A stretch of 60,947 nucleotides of DNA from Patescibacteria group bacterium (GTDB lineage: Bacteria > Patescibacteriota > Minisyncoccia > Sungbacterales > HO2-52-23): assembly GCA_038063315.1 (NCBI GenBank), contig JBBTVI010000027.1, forward strand, positions 1 to 60,947, given 5' to 3'. Below the pieces are notes generated by a model. That model searched no databases. It had not been told where the DNA came from and was given only the letters and a program-made list of their open reading frames with translations. The translations under genes and the position numbers were made by a program. Positions within the stretch are counted from its first letter, which is position 1; each line of letters begins with the position of its first letter. Shown here in pieces: positions 16,697 to 26,207 of the stretch.

Positions 16697-16774
16697 GATG
16701 AATTATGGGGTTTGTATTATGTATTATGGGTTCGGAGTTTTCCCATAATTCATAATACCTATCCCATACTTCAT
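16697..16774. repeat. Family B palindrome (full) between the convergent comFC and GspE-2 genes
   Basis: GATGAATTATGGGGTTTGTATTATGTATTATGGG - TTCGGAGTTTT - CCCATAATTCATAATACCTATCCCATAC. Confidence 0.85.
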
Positions 16775-16777
16775 TCT

Positions 16778-18523
16778 TTATTCTCTTGTCACCCTCAACA
16801 CTTCCTCAATGGACGTGACGTGCTGGGCCGCGCGGATGATCCCTTCGGTCAGCATCGAGATCATCCCTTCGTCTTCGGCTTGTTTGTTGATGCGCTCCGC
16901 GTCTTCGTTTTTCATGATGAGTTCCCTGATTGTCGGCGTTACTTCAAGCACTTCATGGATGCCGATGCGTCCTTTGTATCCTTCCGGGCAATCGTCCGAG
17001 GGCCGCGGTCGCGCCCATTCGATGGCACCCGGCGCGGCTTTGGGGCCGATGACTTTTTCCTTTTTCAAGCGTTCGATCATGGCCTCAATCGGCACGTCTT
17101 TGCTGAGGGCGGCCTGTTCCGGCTCTGACAGAGTATAGACGTCTTTTTCTTCGCAGAGGCGCCGGACAAGGCGCTGGGAAATGATCGCGCTTACAGTCGA
17201 GGCGATAAGAAACGGTTCGATACCCATATCAATAAGCCGGGGGAGGGCTCCGGCCGCGGAATTGGTGTGGAGCGTGGAGAGAACCAGGTGCCCGGTGAGT
17301 GAAGCGTTGATCGCGAGCGCGGCGGTCTCCTTGTCGCGGATTTCGCCGACCATCAGAACGTTGGGATCCTGGCGGAGGAGTGACCGAAGGCCGTTGGCGA
17401 ATGTGAATCCGATATCGGCGTGAACCTGGCTTTGGTTGATCCGGGGCATGCGGTACTCGATCGGATCCTCGATGGTCGAGATGTTGACGCGGGGGGAGTT
17501 GAGCATCTCGAGCACGGTATAGAGAGTCGTGGTTTTCCCGGAGCCCGTGGGGCCGGTGGCGAGAATGATTCCGGTTGGCCGTTTGATGGCGTGTTCAATG
17601 CGTTCGAGATTCAATCCCCAGAAGCCCAGTTCATCCAGGGTGAATTTTTGCCCGGATTCCGGCAGGAGCCGGAGCACGATTTTCTCGCCGGTATAGACGG
17701 GCAGGATGGAGACGCGAAAGGAAATTTTGTACTCCTCGGTTTCTATTTTGAAGCGGCCGTCCTGCGGAAGGCGGTGCTCGTCAAGCCGGAGATTGGACAT
17801 GACTTTGATCCGCGCGACAATTCCCGGTGCAACCTGGCGCGGCAGCACCATGGCTTCGTGGAGAATTCCGTCAATGCGGTAGCGGACGAGCACTTCTTTT
17901 TCCAGCGGCTCGATGTGGATGTCCGATGCGCTCTGTAAAATGGCGTGGCGGACGAGGGTGTCCACGATCCGGATGATCGGGAGGTCCTCGGCCATCTTTT
18001 TGAGGTCTTCGGGTTCGGCCTCTTCGGTATGCGCGGCGACGGTTAATGCTCCGGACTCCTTGGTGATGATATCGCCGAATTCCGCTTCCAGGGTCTTCTG
18101 ATACTGGAGGAGCGCGCTTTTGATTGATTCCGGCGTTGTCAGGCGGGGCAGGATGCGGATGCCCTCCTTTTTTTTGATGAACTCTATGGTCTGGAGGTCG
18201 TCCGGATCGAGCATTGCGACCTCGAGCGACCCTTCGCCGCGCTTAAAAGCAATGATGTTATGCTTTTTCGCGATGGGTTCGGGAATGCTGCGGAGCACGT
18301 CCGGATCGATTTTCTCGCGCGTCAGATCAACAAAAGGAATGCCGAGGATGTAGGCCTCGAGACGCCGCAGGGCTTCCTCGGGAATATAGCCGCCGTTAAG
18401 GAGCGTGTCGCGGAGGGGCTTTCCCGCGGCCTCGGCTTCTTTGACGGCTTTTTGAAGGGCCGCAGGCGTGATAATGCCGGAGTCCCCCAAAAAATTTTTG
18501 AGTTGTGTTTCTTCAACCCTCAT
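16778..18523 (-). CDS. Second GspE/PilB-family secretion ATPase
   Basis: 581 aa. Two T2SSE_N-like N-terminal regions, Walker A GPTGSGKTTT, GEIRD, HLVLSTLHTN, C-terminal CPEGYKGRIGIHEVL. Confidence 0.9.
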   Translation of the reverse strand: MRVEETQLKNFLGDSGIITPAALQKAVKEAEAAGKPLRDTLLNGGYIPEEALRRLEAYILGIPFVDLTREKIDPDVLRSIPEPIAKKHNIIAFKRGEGSLEVAMLDPDDLQTIEFIKKKEGIRILPRLTTPESIKSALLQYQKTLEAEFGDIITKESGALTVAAHTEEAEPEDLKKMAEDLPIIRIVDTLVRHAILQSASDIHIEPLEKEVLVRYRIDGILHEAMVLPRQVAPGIVARIKVMSNLRLDEHRLPQDGRFKIETEEYKISFRVSILPVYTGEKIVLRLLPESGQKFTLDELGFWGLNLERIEHAIKRPTGIILATGPTGSGKTTTLYTVLEMLNSPRVNISTIEDPIEYRMPRINQSQVHADIGFTFANGLRSLLRQDPNVLMVGEIRDKETAALAINASLTGHLVLSTLHTNSAAGALPRLIDMGIEPFLIASTVSAIISQRLVRRLCEEKDVYTLSEPEQAALSKDVPIEAMIERLKKEKVIGPKAAPGAIEWARPRPSDDCPEGYKGRIGIHEVLEVTPTIRELIMKNEDAERINKQAEDEGMISMLTEGIIRAAQHVTSIEEVLRVTRE

Positions 18524-18897
18524 TTCGCTTTCTTCCCCAGCACCTCCTGCACCTTGTTCATCACCTCGTTCAAACTGTAACTCGCTTTCACGAGATAGAT
18601 CGTGCCTCCGAGCGCAAGCGCTTTTTCAACATCTGCGCTTGATTCGAGATTCGAGAGAATGATGATCGGAATATCACGCGTTGCGTCATTGCTTTTGAGT
18701 TCCGCGAGCACCGTAAACCCGTCCTTTTTAGGGAGAATGAGATCAAGGAGAATGATGTCGGGCTTCTTTGTTTTTGCGAGTTCAAGCCCGGTCTCGCCGT
18801 CGAGCGCAGAGAGGATTGTATAGCCCTCTTTTTCCAGCGCATACGTCGCGGCGCTTTGGAGCGCGTTTTCGTCTTCAATAAAAAGTATTGTTGTCAT
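18520..18897 (-). CDS. Stand-alone response-regulator receiver domain
   Basis: ORF trimmed to the ATG at 18897 (MTTILFIEDE...). DIILLDLILP and ILSN...K motifs. Its stop overlaps the ATPase start by 4 nt. Confidence 0.85.
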   Translation of the reverse strand: MTTILFIEDENALQSAATYALEKEGYTILSALDGETGLELAKTKKPDIILLDLILPKKDGFTVLAELKSNDATRDIPIIILSNLESSADVEKALALGGTIYLVKASYSLNEVMNKVQEVLGKKAK

Positions 18898-18910
18898 GGA
18901 AGTATGATAT

Positions 18911-19870
18911 TTATGCCTTCTCCACGGGCAGCGTAAACCAGAAGTCCGTCCCGTCATCCGACGACGACCGGAAGCCGATGGTCCCGCCCGTGGCCTCAAT
19001 GACGGCCCTTGCGATGTACAGGCCCATTCCGCTTCCTCGCGGATGATGACGCCGGACATTGTCGGCGCGGTAAAATTTCTCAAAAATGTGGCGCTTGTCG
19101 TCGTCAGGAATGCCAAGTCCTTCGTCTTTAATGCTCCACTTGATCATATCCATATTCGGGGCAACCGCCTGCGCGGTAATCGCGATGCGGCCGGATCCGG
19201 GCGTATATTTAACGGCGTTATCAATCAAATTTTGAATCACCATCGCGAGACGTTCCCGATCCGCATAAATCGGCGGTAAGCCCGGATCAGGGGTAAACTC
19301 AAGCGTGATATGGGCGGTTTCGACATAGCGGCGAAACCCGTTCAGAATTTCCGCTGTGAGGTCGTTTAGGGAAAAGCGCTCTTTTTTAAGGGAGAACGTT
19401 CCGACTTCGATCCGGCTGACGTCAAGGAGGGAGTTGACCATCTGGATCATTTGTTCCGTGGTCGTGGTGAGCGTCTCCATGAAGGCGTCAATGCGGCCTC
19501 TGTCCATGCTGTCTTTGGTCATCCCGCGGCCGACAACGTCGAGCGTCCACTTAAAAATGGAGAGGGGCGACCGGAGTTGGTGGGAGACGATGGCGATGAA
19601 TTCGGATTTCATGCGGTTTGCCTCGGCCATGCGGTTAAATCCGGTTGTGATGAAGTGGCCGAGTATCAGCATGACCAAGGTGACGCCGGTGACGGACAGG
19701 ATCTGGACGTCTTCTTCGTATTCAGCGGCGACAATATATGTCGCAAGCATTCCGAAAATGGTCATCCCTCCCATAACGAGGAAAAGAAACGGCGGACATT
19801 CGCGCAGGCGCCATCGTAGCGCGCGGCACTCCGCAAAGATATTCAGTTTTCGCAGCGGCGCAAAAGCCAT
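18911..19870 (-). CDS. Sensor histidine kinase (HisKA + HATPase_c)
   Basis: Two N-terminal TMs. H-box FIAIVSHQLRSPL, N-box LIDNAVKYT, G1 DEGLGIP, G2 GSGMGLYIA. Confidence 0.85.
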   Translation of the reverse strand: MAFAPLRKLNIFAECRALRWRLRECPPFLFLVMGGMTIFGMLATYIVAAEYEEDVQILSVTGVTLVMLILGHFITTGFNRMAEANRMKSEFIAIVSHQLRSPLSIFKWTLDVVGRGMTKDSMDRGRIDAFMETLTTTTEQMIQMVNSLLDVSRIEVGTFSLKKERFSLNDLTAEILNGFRRYVETAHITLEFTPDPGLPPIYADRERLAMVIQNLIDNAVKYTPGSGRIAITAQAVAPNMDMIKWSIKDEGLGIPDDDKRHIFEKFYRADNVRRHHPRGSGMGLYIARAVIEATGGTIGFRSSSDDGTDFWFTLPVEKA

Positions 19871-19986
19871 AAAAAATTTCGGCCTATTTCATACTCTATC
19901 GTGTAGTATAACATATGGAGAAACGGTATCAATGTGCATAAAGGGTATAGTGGGCCCATGCGTGAGTACATCAATCCAAAGGGGTC

Positions 19987-20126
19987 GTCATTGCGAGGAG
20001 TCCTGCTGCAGGACGACGAAGCAATCCAGAAGAAATACTGGATTGCCGCGCTCCCCCTCGACAGACTCGGGGTCGCTCGCAATGACGGATGTAACGGCGG
20101 TGTTGATGGGGGGGTTAAGGGGTTAC
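19987..20126. repeat. Family A element with an extended right end
   Basis: Core plus GGATGTAACGGCGGTGTTGATGGG...GGGGTTAC outer module. Confidence 0.85.
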
Positions 20127-20197
20127 CGTCCCGCCGATTGACACAAGGGCTCTTTCCATTCTATTGTATATTTGTATATTTACATATACTATTTTTC

Positions 20198-21442
20198 ATG
20201 CTTGATCTTAAATCGTTTACACAAGCCATTCAGCAGCTGGCTGATGAGAAAGGTATTGCGCGGGACCAAATTATCGAGACCATCGAAATGGCCCTCGCCG
20301 CCGCGTACAAACGCGACTATGGCGAGCGCGGGCAGATGATTCGCGTTTCGCTTGATCCGGCGTCCGGCAAGGCCGAGGTCCGACAGATTAAGACCGTGGT
20401 GGATGAAACCATGGTGCGTTTTGACGAGGACGAGGAAGAGGCAACGGCGGCCGGAGGCGGGGATAAGGACGTCGTGGGCAGTGCTGCAGAGGGCGCGGGG
20501 CGGCCCGGAGAAGAGAGTGCCGGAGCTGAAATGGAAGAACGGAAGGTGCGTTTTAATTCGGAGAAGCACCTGACGGTTGAGGAGGCGCGAGCGACCCATC
20601 CGGATGCGAAAGCGGGCGATGAGATCGAATTTCCCCTGGAGTATCACGACGACTTCGGCCGCATCGCGGCCCAGACCGCAAAACAGGTGATTATCCAGCG
20701 CCTGCGCGAGATCGAGCGGGAAACCATTTTTCAGGAGTTCAAAAACCGCGAGGGCGAGGTTGCGAGCGGGATTATTCAGCGCATGGAGGGCCGGACCGTC
20801 TTTATTGATCTCGGCCGCGCGGTCGCCGCCCTCCCTCCGGAGGAGCAGATTCCCAATGAACGCTATCAGGTCGGAACGCGTCTGAAGGCCATGATTCTCG
20901 CTGTCGAGCGCAATCCCAAAGGATCGGGCGTTTTTCTCTCGCGTTCGCACCCCCGCCTTTTGAAAAAATTATTTGAGATAGAAGTGCCGGAGATCGCATC
21001 GGGCGCCGTGGAAATCAAGGCGGTGGCGCGCGAGGCCGGTTCCCGAACCAAAGTCGCGGTGACCTCGCATGAAGAAGGCGTGGACCCGGTCGGGTCCATG
21101 GTGGGGCAGAAAGGCGTCCGTGTTTCGACGGTCATCCACGAACTAAACGGCGAGAAAATAGACATTATCGAATGGGCCGGAGACGAGAGAGAGTTTGTGG
21201 CGAACAGTTTATCGCCGGCGCGGGTGCTTGGCGTCGAACTGAATGCAGACCGGAAAGAAGCGGCCGTGACGGTTGCGGAGGATCAGTTATCGCTTGCAAT
21301 CGGAAAAGGCGGGCAAAACGTCCGTCTTGCGGCCAAACTGACCGGATGGAAGATTGACGTGCGACCAGCGGTGAAACCCGCCGCAGAAGGGCCGGCAGAA
21401 TCATCTGATGGCCCTAAGGCCGCAGAGAGCGACAGCTCATAG
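20198..21442 (+). CDS. nusA: Transcription termination/antitermination factor NusA
   Basis: ORF trimmed to the ATG at 20198, because the upstream codons are a family A repeat. Contains FGRIAAQTAKQVIIQRLREIERE, an S1 domain and KH domains (GPKGSRV-like GQKGVRVSTV; IGKGGQNVRLA). Confidence 0.9.
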   Translation: MLDLKSFTQAIQQLADEKGIARDQIIETIEMALAAAYKRDYGERGQMIRVSLDPASGKAEVRQIKTVVDETMVRFDEDEEEATAAGGGDKDVVGSAAEGAGRPGEESAGAEMEERKVRFNSEKHLTVEEARATHPDAKAGDEIEFPLEYHDDFGRIAAQTAKQVIIQRLREIERETIFQEFKNREGEVASGIIQRMEGRTVFIDLGRAVAALPPEEQIPNERYQVGTRLKAMILAVERNPKGSGVFLSRSHPRLLKKLFEIEVPEIASGAVEIKAVAREAGSRTKVAVTSHEEGVDPVGSMVGQKGVRVSTVIHELNGEKIDIIEWAGDEREFVANSLSPARVLGVELNADRKEAAVTVAEDQLSLAIGKGGQNVRLAAKLTGWKIDVRPAVKPAAEGPAESSDGPKAAESDSS

Positions 21443-21447
21443 TTGGT

Positions 21448-21497
21448 GAATTATGGGATATGAATTATGTATTATGGGCGACTATGTTCCATAATAT
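21448..21497. repeat. Family B palindrome after nusA
   Basis: GAATTATGGGATATGAATTATGTATTATGGG...CCATAATATG. Confidence 0.8.
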
Positions 21498-21650
21498 GTA
21501 ATCCTTCACAGCCGTCATTGCGAGCGACCCCGAGTTGCGAGGGGGCGCGCGGCAATCCAGTGTTTCTTTTGGATTGCTTCGTCGTCCTGCAGCAGGACTT
21601 CTCGCAATGACGCATGTAACGGGGGTGTTGATGGGACCATGAAGGATTAC
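21498..21650. repeat. Family A element nested between family B arms
   Basis: GTAATCCTTCACAGCCGTCATTGCGAG ... CTCGCAATGACGCATGTAACGGGGGTGTTGATGGG ... GGATTAC. Confidence 0.85.
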
Positions 21651-21681
21651 CATAATACTCACTCCATACTTCATTTTCATC
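21651..21681. repeat. Family B-like half-site abutting the hppA start
   Basis: CATAATACTCACTCCATACTTCATTTTCATC before the ATG at 21682. Confidence 0.6.
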
Positions 21682-23703
21682 ATGCTACTATTCCCCATTA
21701 TCGCGTCTTTAATATCCATCGCGTACGCCGTGTTTTTGATGAGCGTTGTCCGGCGCTATCCGGTGGGCAGCGGGCCCCAGCTCGAGATCTGGCGCGCGAT
21801 CAAGGAAGGATCGCGCGCGTATCTCCGGCGGCAAAATAGGACAATCGCTCTTGTTGCCGTGGTTTTGTTCGCTGTGATCTGGACCGCGCTTGAGAGTATG
21901 ACCATCGCAGTCGGGTTTTTGGCGGGCGCCGGAGCATCGGCTCTCGCCGGGTATCTCGGGATGATGACGGCGGTTGATACGAATGTCCGTACGGCCGAGG
22001 CCGCGCGCTCAGGCGTTTCCCGCGCGTTTCGCGCGGCGTTTCTCGGCGGTTCCGTGACCGGGTTTCTGGTTGTGGGGCTTGCGCTTTTTACAGTGAGCGT
22101 TTTTTACTGGCTGACCGGAGACGTTTCTACGCTCGTCGGTCTTGGTTTCGGCGGTTCTCTTGTGTCGGTTTTCGCGCGCCTGGGCGGTGGAATTTATACG
22201 AAAGGCGCGGACGTCGGCGCGGATCTTGTCGGCAAGGTGGAGCAGGGCATTCCGGAGGACGATCCGCGTAATCCCGCGGTCATCGCCGATAACGTCGGAG
22301 ATAATGTCGGCGACTGCGCCGGAATGGCGGCGGATTTGTTTGAGACATATGCGGTGACGGCTATTGCGGCGATGCTTCTCGGATCATTGCTTTATCCCGG
22401 GAACGAATCCGTCATCATGCTGCCGCTTCTTATCGGCTCGGTCGCGATTGTCGCGTCAATGCTCGGGAGCGCTTTTGTGCGCGTCCGCGAGACCTCAAAA
22501 ATCATGCAGGGCCTCTATCGCGGGCTTTTGATCTCGTCGGTCAGCGCAGCCGCGCTTCTCTGGCCGGTGCTCGCGATGCTTTTCCGCGACGCGCGCGCTC
22601 TTGTGGCTCCTTATTTCATTGCGGCGCTGTCCGGTCTTGCCCTCACCGGCTTCATGGTCTTGGCGACGGAATACTACACATCCAAACGCTTCCGTCCGGT
22701 GCGCGCGATTGCCCGTTCGTCCCTGACCGGACACGCGACCAATATGATTACGGGACTTGCGTTTTCGCTGGAGGCAACGGCGCTTCCGATTATCGGCATT
22801 TCGGCAAGTATCCTTATCGCATTTCTTTTCGGCGGCGGAATGTACGGCGTTGCGGTGGCGGCCATGATGATGCTTGCAATGGCGGGCATCATTGTCGCGA
22901 TCGATGCGTTCGGCCCCATTACGGATAATGCGGGCGGCATTGCCGAGATGGCCGGGCTTCCCGAAGACGTGCGGGAAGTGACCGACGCGCTGGATGCCGT
23001 GGGCAATACGACCAAAGCGGTCACAAAGGGATACGCGATTGCCTCGGCCGGACTTGCCGCGCTTGTGCTTTTTCATTCATTTATCGAAGAATTGAGGGTG
23101 TCATCCGAATCAACGGGGTTTTTGGGGCTCGTCGATGCGCCGGTTTTCTCTTTGGGCGATCCCTATGTTTTAATCGGGCTTTTTATCGGCGGCATGATGC
23201 CGTATCTTTTCGCGTCCATTGCCATGCGGGCAGTCGGGAAAGCGGCCGAGGGGGTGATTGAGGAAGTGCGGCGGCAATTCCGCGAGATCAAAGGCATTAT
23301 GGAGGGCACCGCAAAACCCGAGTATCACCGCGCGGTTGATATTGTGACAAAAAGCGCCCTCAAACAAATGATCGTTCCCGCATTGATTCCGGTTCTTGTG
23401 CCGATTCTTTTGGTGGTGCTTTTTGGGGCACAGGCGCGTTTTGCGCTAGGCGGACTCCTGGTGGGTTCCATCGTCACCGGCCTTTTTGTCGCGATTTCCA
23501 TGACATCCGGCGGGGCTGCATGGGATAACGCGAAAAAATACATCGAGGCCGGCAACTACGGCGGAAAAAAATCGCCCGCGCATCAGGCCGCAGTAACCGG
23601 AGACACCGTGGGCGACCCGTACAAGGATACGGCCGGCCCCGCGATCAATCCGATGATCAAGATCGTCAATATTGTCGCGTTGCTGCTTGTACCTTTTCTG
23701 TAA
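21682..23703 (+). CDS. hppA: Membrane-bound proton/sodium-translocating pyrophosphatase
   Basis: 673 aa, polytopic. Signature motifs [39 protein letters not shown] and [18 protein letters not shown]. Confidence 0.95.
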   Translation: MLLFPIIASLISIAYAVFLMSVVRRYPVGSGPQLEIWRAIKEGSRAYLRRQNRTIALVAVVLFAVIWTALESMTIAVGFLAGAGASALAGYLGMMTAVDTNVRTAEAARSGVSRAFRAAFLGGSVTGFLVVGLALFTVSVFYWLTGDVSTLVGLGFGGSLVSVFARLGGGIYTKGADVGADLVGKVEQGIPEDDPRNPAVIADNVGDNVGDCAGMAADLFETYAVTAIAAMLLGSLLYPGNESVIMLPLLIGSVAIVASMLGSAFVRVRETSKIMQGLYRGLLISSVSAAALLWPVLAMLFRDARALVAPYFIAALSGLALTGFMVLATEYYTSKRFRPVRAIARSSLTGHATNMITGLAFSLEATALPIIGISASILIAFLFGGGMYGVAVAAMMMLAMAGIIVAIDAFGPITDNAGGIAEMAGLPEDVREVTDALDAVGNTTKAVTKGYAIASAGLAALVLFHSFIEELRVSSESTGFLGLVDAPVFSLGDPYVLIGLFIGGMMPYLFASIAMRAVGKAAEGVIEEVRRQFREIKGIMEGTAKPEYHRAVDIVTKSALKQMIVPALIPVLVPILLVVLFGAQARFALGGLLVGSIVTGLFVAISMTSGGAAWDNAKKYIEAGNYGGKKSPAHQAAVTGDTVGDPYKDTAGPAINPMIKIVNIVALLLVPFL

Positions 23704-23841
23704 TTTTGTAGTGAGGGAAGAAAGTCAAAATTCTCCGCCATAGGCGCCTACACGTCCGTCTCGCCTCGCTTACGTTATGGTCGTACGTCAGTGAGGCGGT
23801 TATGGCGGACGGAGCGTCCTCTCATTAACTTTTTTTCAACC

Positions 23842-24045
23842 ATGCGCACGCCAAGACTCCCCATCATTGACATCAAGAAATACGGCGGCAAGCAAGTTGC
23901 TGTCGCGAACGGCAAAATTGTCGCTGTCGGTAAAAATTCGGTGGAGGCGTTCACAAAAGCAAAGGAGCGACTTCCTGAAAAAACGTGGCAGCAAATATTG
24001 CTTGTAAGCGTTCCGAAGGGCCTAACGGTCGTCTATCACCTATGA
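23842..24045 (+). CDS. Small DUF5678-like protein (KYGGKQVAVANGKIVAVG motif)
   Basis: 67 aa from the ATG at 23842. Its stop overlaps the next start in an ATGA. Confidence 0.45.
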   Translation: MRTPRLPIIDIKKYGGKQVAVANGKIVAVGKNSVEAFTKAKERLPEKTWQQILLVSVPKGLTVVYHL

Positions 24046-24503
24046 GTGTGCTCGTGCTTCCATACGGCATCCGCTTTCGCGAGGATGGACGGCTAGAGAC
24101 ATTTCCGATAGCCGAAATTATTCTCTTCGGACGGGATAAAAAAGAAGTGGGCGGAGTCTACCTCATCGACTCAGGCGCAACCACGAGCATCGCTCCCGCA
24201 CATGACGCAGTACTTCTCAATATTCCCCTGTCGCGAGGCCGCAAAACGATCATTCGCGGCATTGGAGAGACACACTTCAGCGGGTACCGACATATCGTGA
24301 GCTGTGCTATCGGGGCAATAATTTGTAAGATACCAATTGTATTTATCGAGGACCCGACGACCCCTCGCATTCTCGGCCGAGAAGGATTTTTTGGCAATTT
24401 CGGCATTCTCTTTGACGAGGGAAAACACCGCATCGCGCTTCTCGAAGTGCAAGAGGAGAGGAATCGCATTAATGCTATCTTCAACGATGCTTCACAATCA
24501 TAA
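24042..24503 (+). CDS. Retropepsin-like (clan AA) aspartic protease domain protein
   Basis: 153 aa from the ATG at 24042. LIDSGATTSIAP contains the D-S-G-A active-site motif. Small single-domain size is typical of bacterial retropepsin-like proteins. Confidence 0.5.
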   Translation: MSVLVLPYGIRFREDGRLETFPIAEIILFGRDKKEVGGVYLIDSGATTSIAPAHDAVLLNIPLSRGRKTIIRGIGETHFSGYRHIVSCAIGAIICKIPIVFIEDPTTPRILGREGFFGNFGILFDEGKHRIALLEVQEERNRINAIFNDASQS

Positions 24504-24524
24504 TGTTTTACATTTCGCGTTTTT

Positions 24525-25853
24525 ATGACGCACACCGCCGCTTCTCTTCCTAAATCCCGGTTGAAAATTGATGTCCGTCTGACGCCCGAAGAGTTCGCGC
24601 CGCACCTCACGCGTGCGGCGGTTTTGATGTCGGAAGAAAATCCGATTGACGGGTTCCGCCCGGGTAAGGCCCCATATGACGCGGTGCGCCGCGTCGCGGG
24701 TGAAGCGTCTCTTGAGCGCAGGGGCGCGGAGATTGCGATCGGGAAAACATACCAAGATGTTATCAAGGCACTCACTCTTGAGGGAAAAATAACAGAGGAC
24801 TGCCCAGCCGTGGGATCTCCGGAGATTGCGGTGACGGAGGCCGGCGGACAGAAAGGCCTTGCGTATACAATTGTTTTATCCTTGACGCCATCGGTGGCTT
24901 TGCCGGACGATTACCGTATTCGCGTAGGGCGCGTCCGTTCGGAGAAGAAGGATGCGGATATATCGGATGAGGAGATGGCCAAAGCCCTTGATGAGATTCG
25001 GGAATCGCGCGCGGCCTTGATTACCGTTGACCGTCCGGCTGAGACAGGGGATGCGGTAGAGATTGATTTTGTCGCGCGCCAGGCCGGAGTCAAAATCGAA
25101 CAGGGAGAGTCGCGTCATCACCCGTTTATTCTCGGACGGGGGCGGTTTATCCCGGGATTTGAAGAAGAACTTATCGGGATGGCCGCTGGCGCCCAAAAGG
25201 ATTTTACAATTGTGGTGCCGCCGGATTGGCGCGATACGGCTCTCAGGGGCAAAGCGCTTGATTTTCACGTGGTTATGCAGCTTGTACAGGAACGCCTCAT
25301 TCCGGAGGCAACGGACGAATTTGCGCGTTCCCTGGGGGACTTTGCGTCTATGGAGGATCTGACGGCGCGAATAAAGGACGGTATCCGGCGCGGAAAGGAG
25401 CGCGATAAAGAGCTGCGCCTCCGCAACCGGATTCTTGAGGAGATGCGGCGGAGTTCGGTTCTCGGCGAGATGCCCGAGGTTCTGATTGTCGAAGAATGCC
25501 GCGCGCTCCTCAGTGAGTATCGCTCGGCGCTTGAGAGTTCCGGCATGGCCTGGACCGAGTACCTCCTGCATGTTGGGAAGACCGAGGAGAAATTATTGAA
25601 GGAAAACGCGGACAAGGCCGCGGATCGGGCCGCATCAGCGCTGGTGCTCCGCGCGATTGCGCGGCGCGAGGGAATCACGCCGGATGATCGGGACGTTGAT
25701 GCTCGGGTTGACGCGTTTTTACAGACGGCCTCTTCGGATGAAAAAAGGCGTCTTGATAGAGAGGCGCTCCGCGCGCATTTCCGAGGAGCGCTCCGCAACG
25801 AAAAAGTGTTTGAATTTTTGGAAGAGCAAACGAAAGTTCATGAGGAAGTTTAA
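24525..25853 (+). CDS. tig: Trigger factor
   Basis: 442 aa. N-terminal ribosome-binding-type domain (GFRPGKAP), central FKBP-like segment (GDAVEIDFV...FIPGFEEELIGM) and a helical C-terminal domain. Confidence 0.85.
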   Translation: MTHTAASLPKSRLKIDVRLTPEEFAPHLTRAAVLMSEENPIDGFRPGKAPYDAVRRVAGEASLERRGAEIAIGKTYQDVIKALTLEGKITEDCPAVGSPEIAVTEAGGQKGLAYTIVLSLTPSVALPDDYRIRVGRVRSEKKDADISDEEMAKALDEIRESRAALITVDRPAETGDAVEIDFVARQAGVKIEQGESRHHPFILGRGRFIPGFEEELIGMAAGAQKDFTIVVPPDWRDTALRGKALDFHVVMQLVQERLIPEATDEFARSLGDFASMEDLTARIKDGIRRGKERDKELRLRNRILEEMRRSSVLGEMPEVLIVEECRALLSEYRSALESSGMAWTEYLLHVGKTEEKLLKENADKAADRAASALVLRAIARREGITPDDRDVDARVDAFLQTASSDEKRRLDREALRAHFRGALRNEKVFEFLEEQTKVHEEV

Positions 25854-25916
25854 CCTCGTAAGCCGCTTACGAGGTTAAACTTCCAATGAGCGCATCTGTT
25901 AAAAATTTGGTGAAGA
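25839..25916 (+). mobile_element. Family D element, 5'-truncated, overlapping the tig stop codon
   Basis: CATGAGGAAGTTTAACCTCGTAAGCCGCTTACGAGGTTAAACTTCCAATGAGCGCATCTG...AAAATTTGGTGAAG. The tig TAA (25851-25853) lies inside it. Confidence 0.8.
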
Positions 25917-25936
25917 ATGCAGAAATAGGTCGCTTT

Positions 25937-26019
25937 CTGTCATTCCCGCGCAGGCGGGAATCCAGGTTTTTGTCTGACAATAGAACTGAACCTGGACCCC
26001 CGCCTTCGCGGGGGTGACA
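25937..26019. repeat. Family C element
   Basis: Same termini and internal hairpins as the 7620 copy. The central spacer differs. Confidence 0.9.
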
Positions 26020-26207
26020 TAAGAAGTGCGTTATTCACCAAACTTGTTTTTTCCCTTCTGATGTTGTGCATAACTGCGTCTTGCTCTCTCTGTCGGGTAA
26101 GCCACAATAAGGGCATACATCGTTCATTGATAATTTATATATCAGTACTCCCGTTTTTAGTGAGTCGTACTTTGGGAAACGGTTGATCCGATGACGCATG
26201 GGGTGTT

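Noticed and set aside
23730-23835. A long imperfect hairpin downstream of hppA (TCCGCCATA...TATGGCGGA with an inner CGTCCGTCTCGCCTC / GAGGCG pairing) followed by T7, considered as a structured RNA or terminator.
   Set aside because: The pairing is patchy and the T-run is separated from the stem by about 20 nt. It may simply be a weak terminator. There is not enough support to annotate it.
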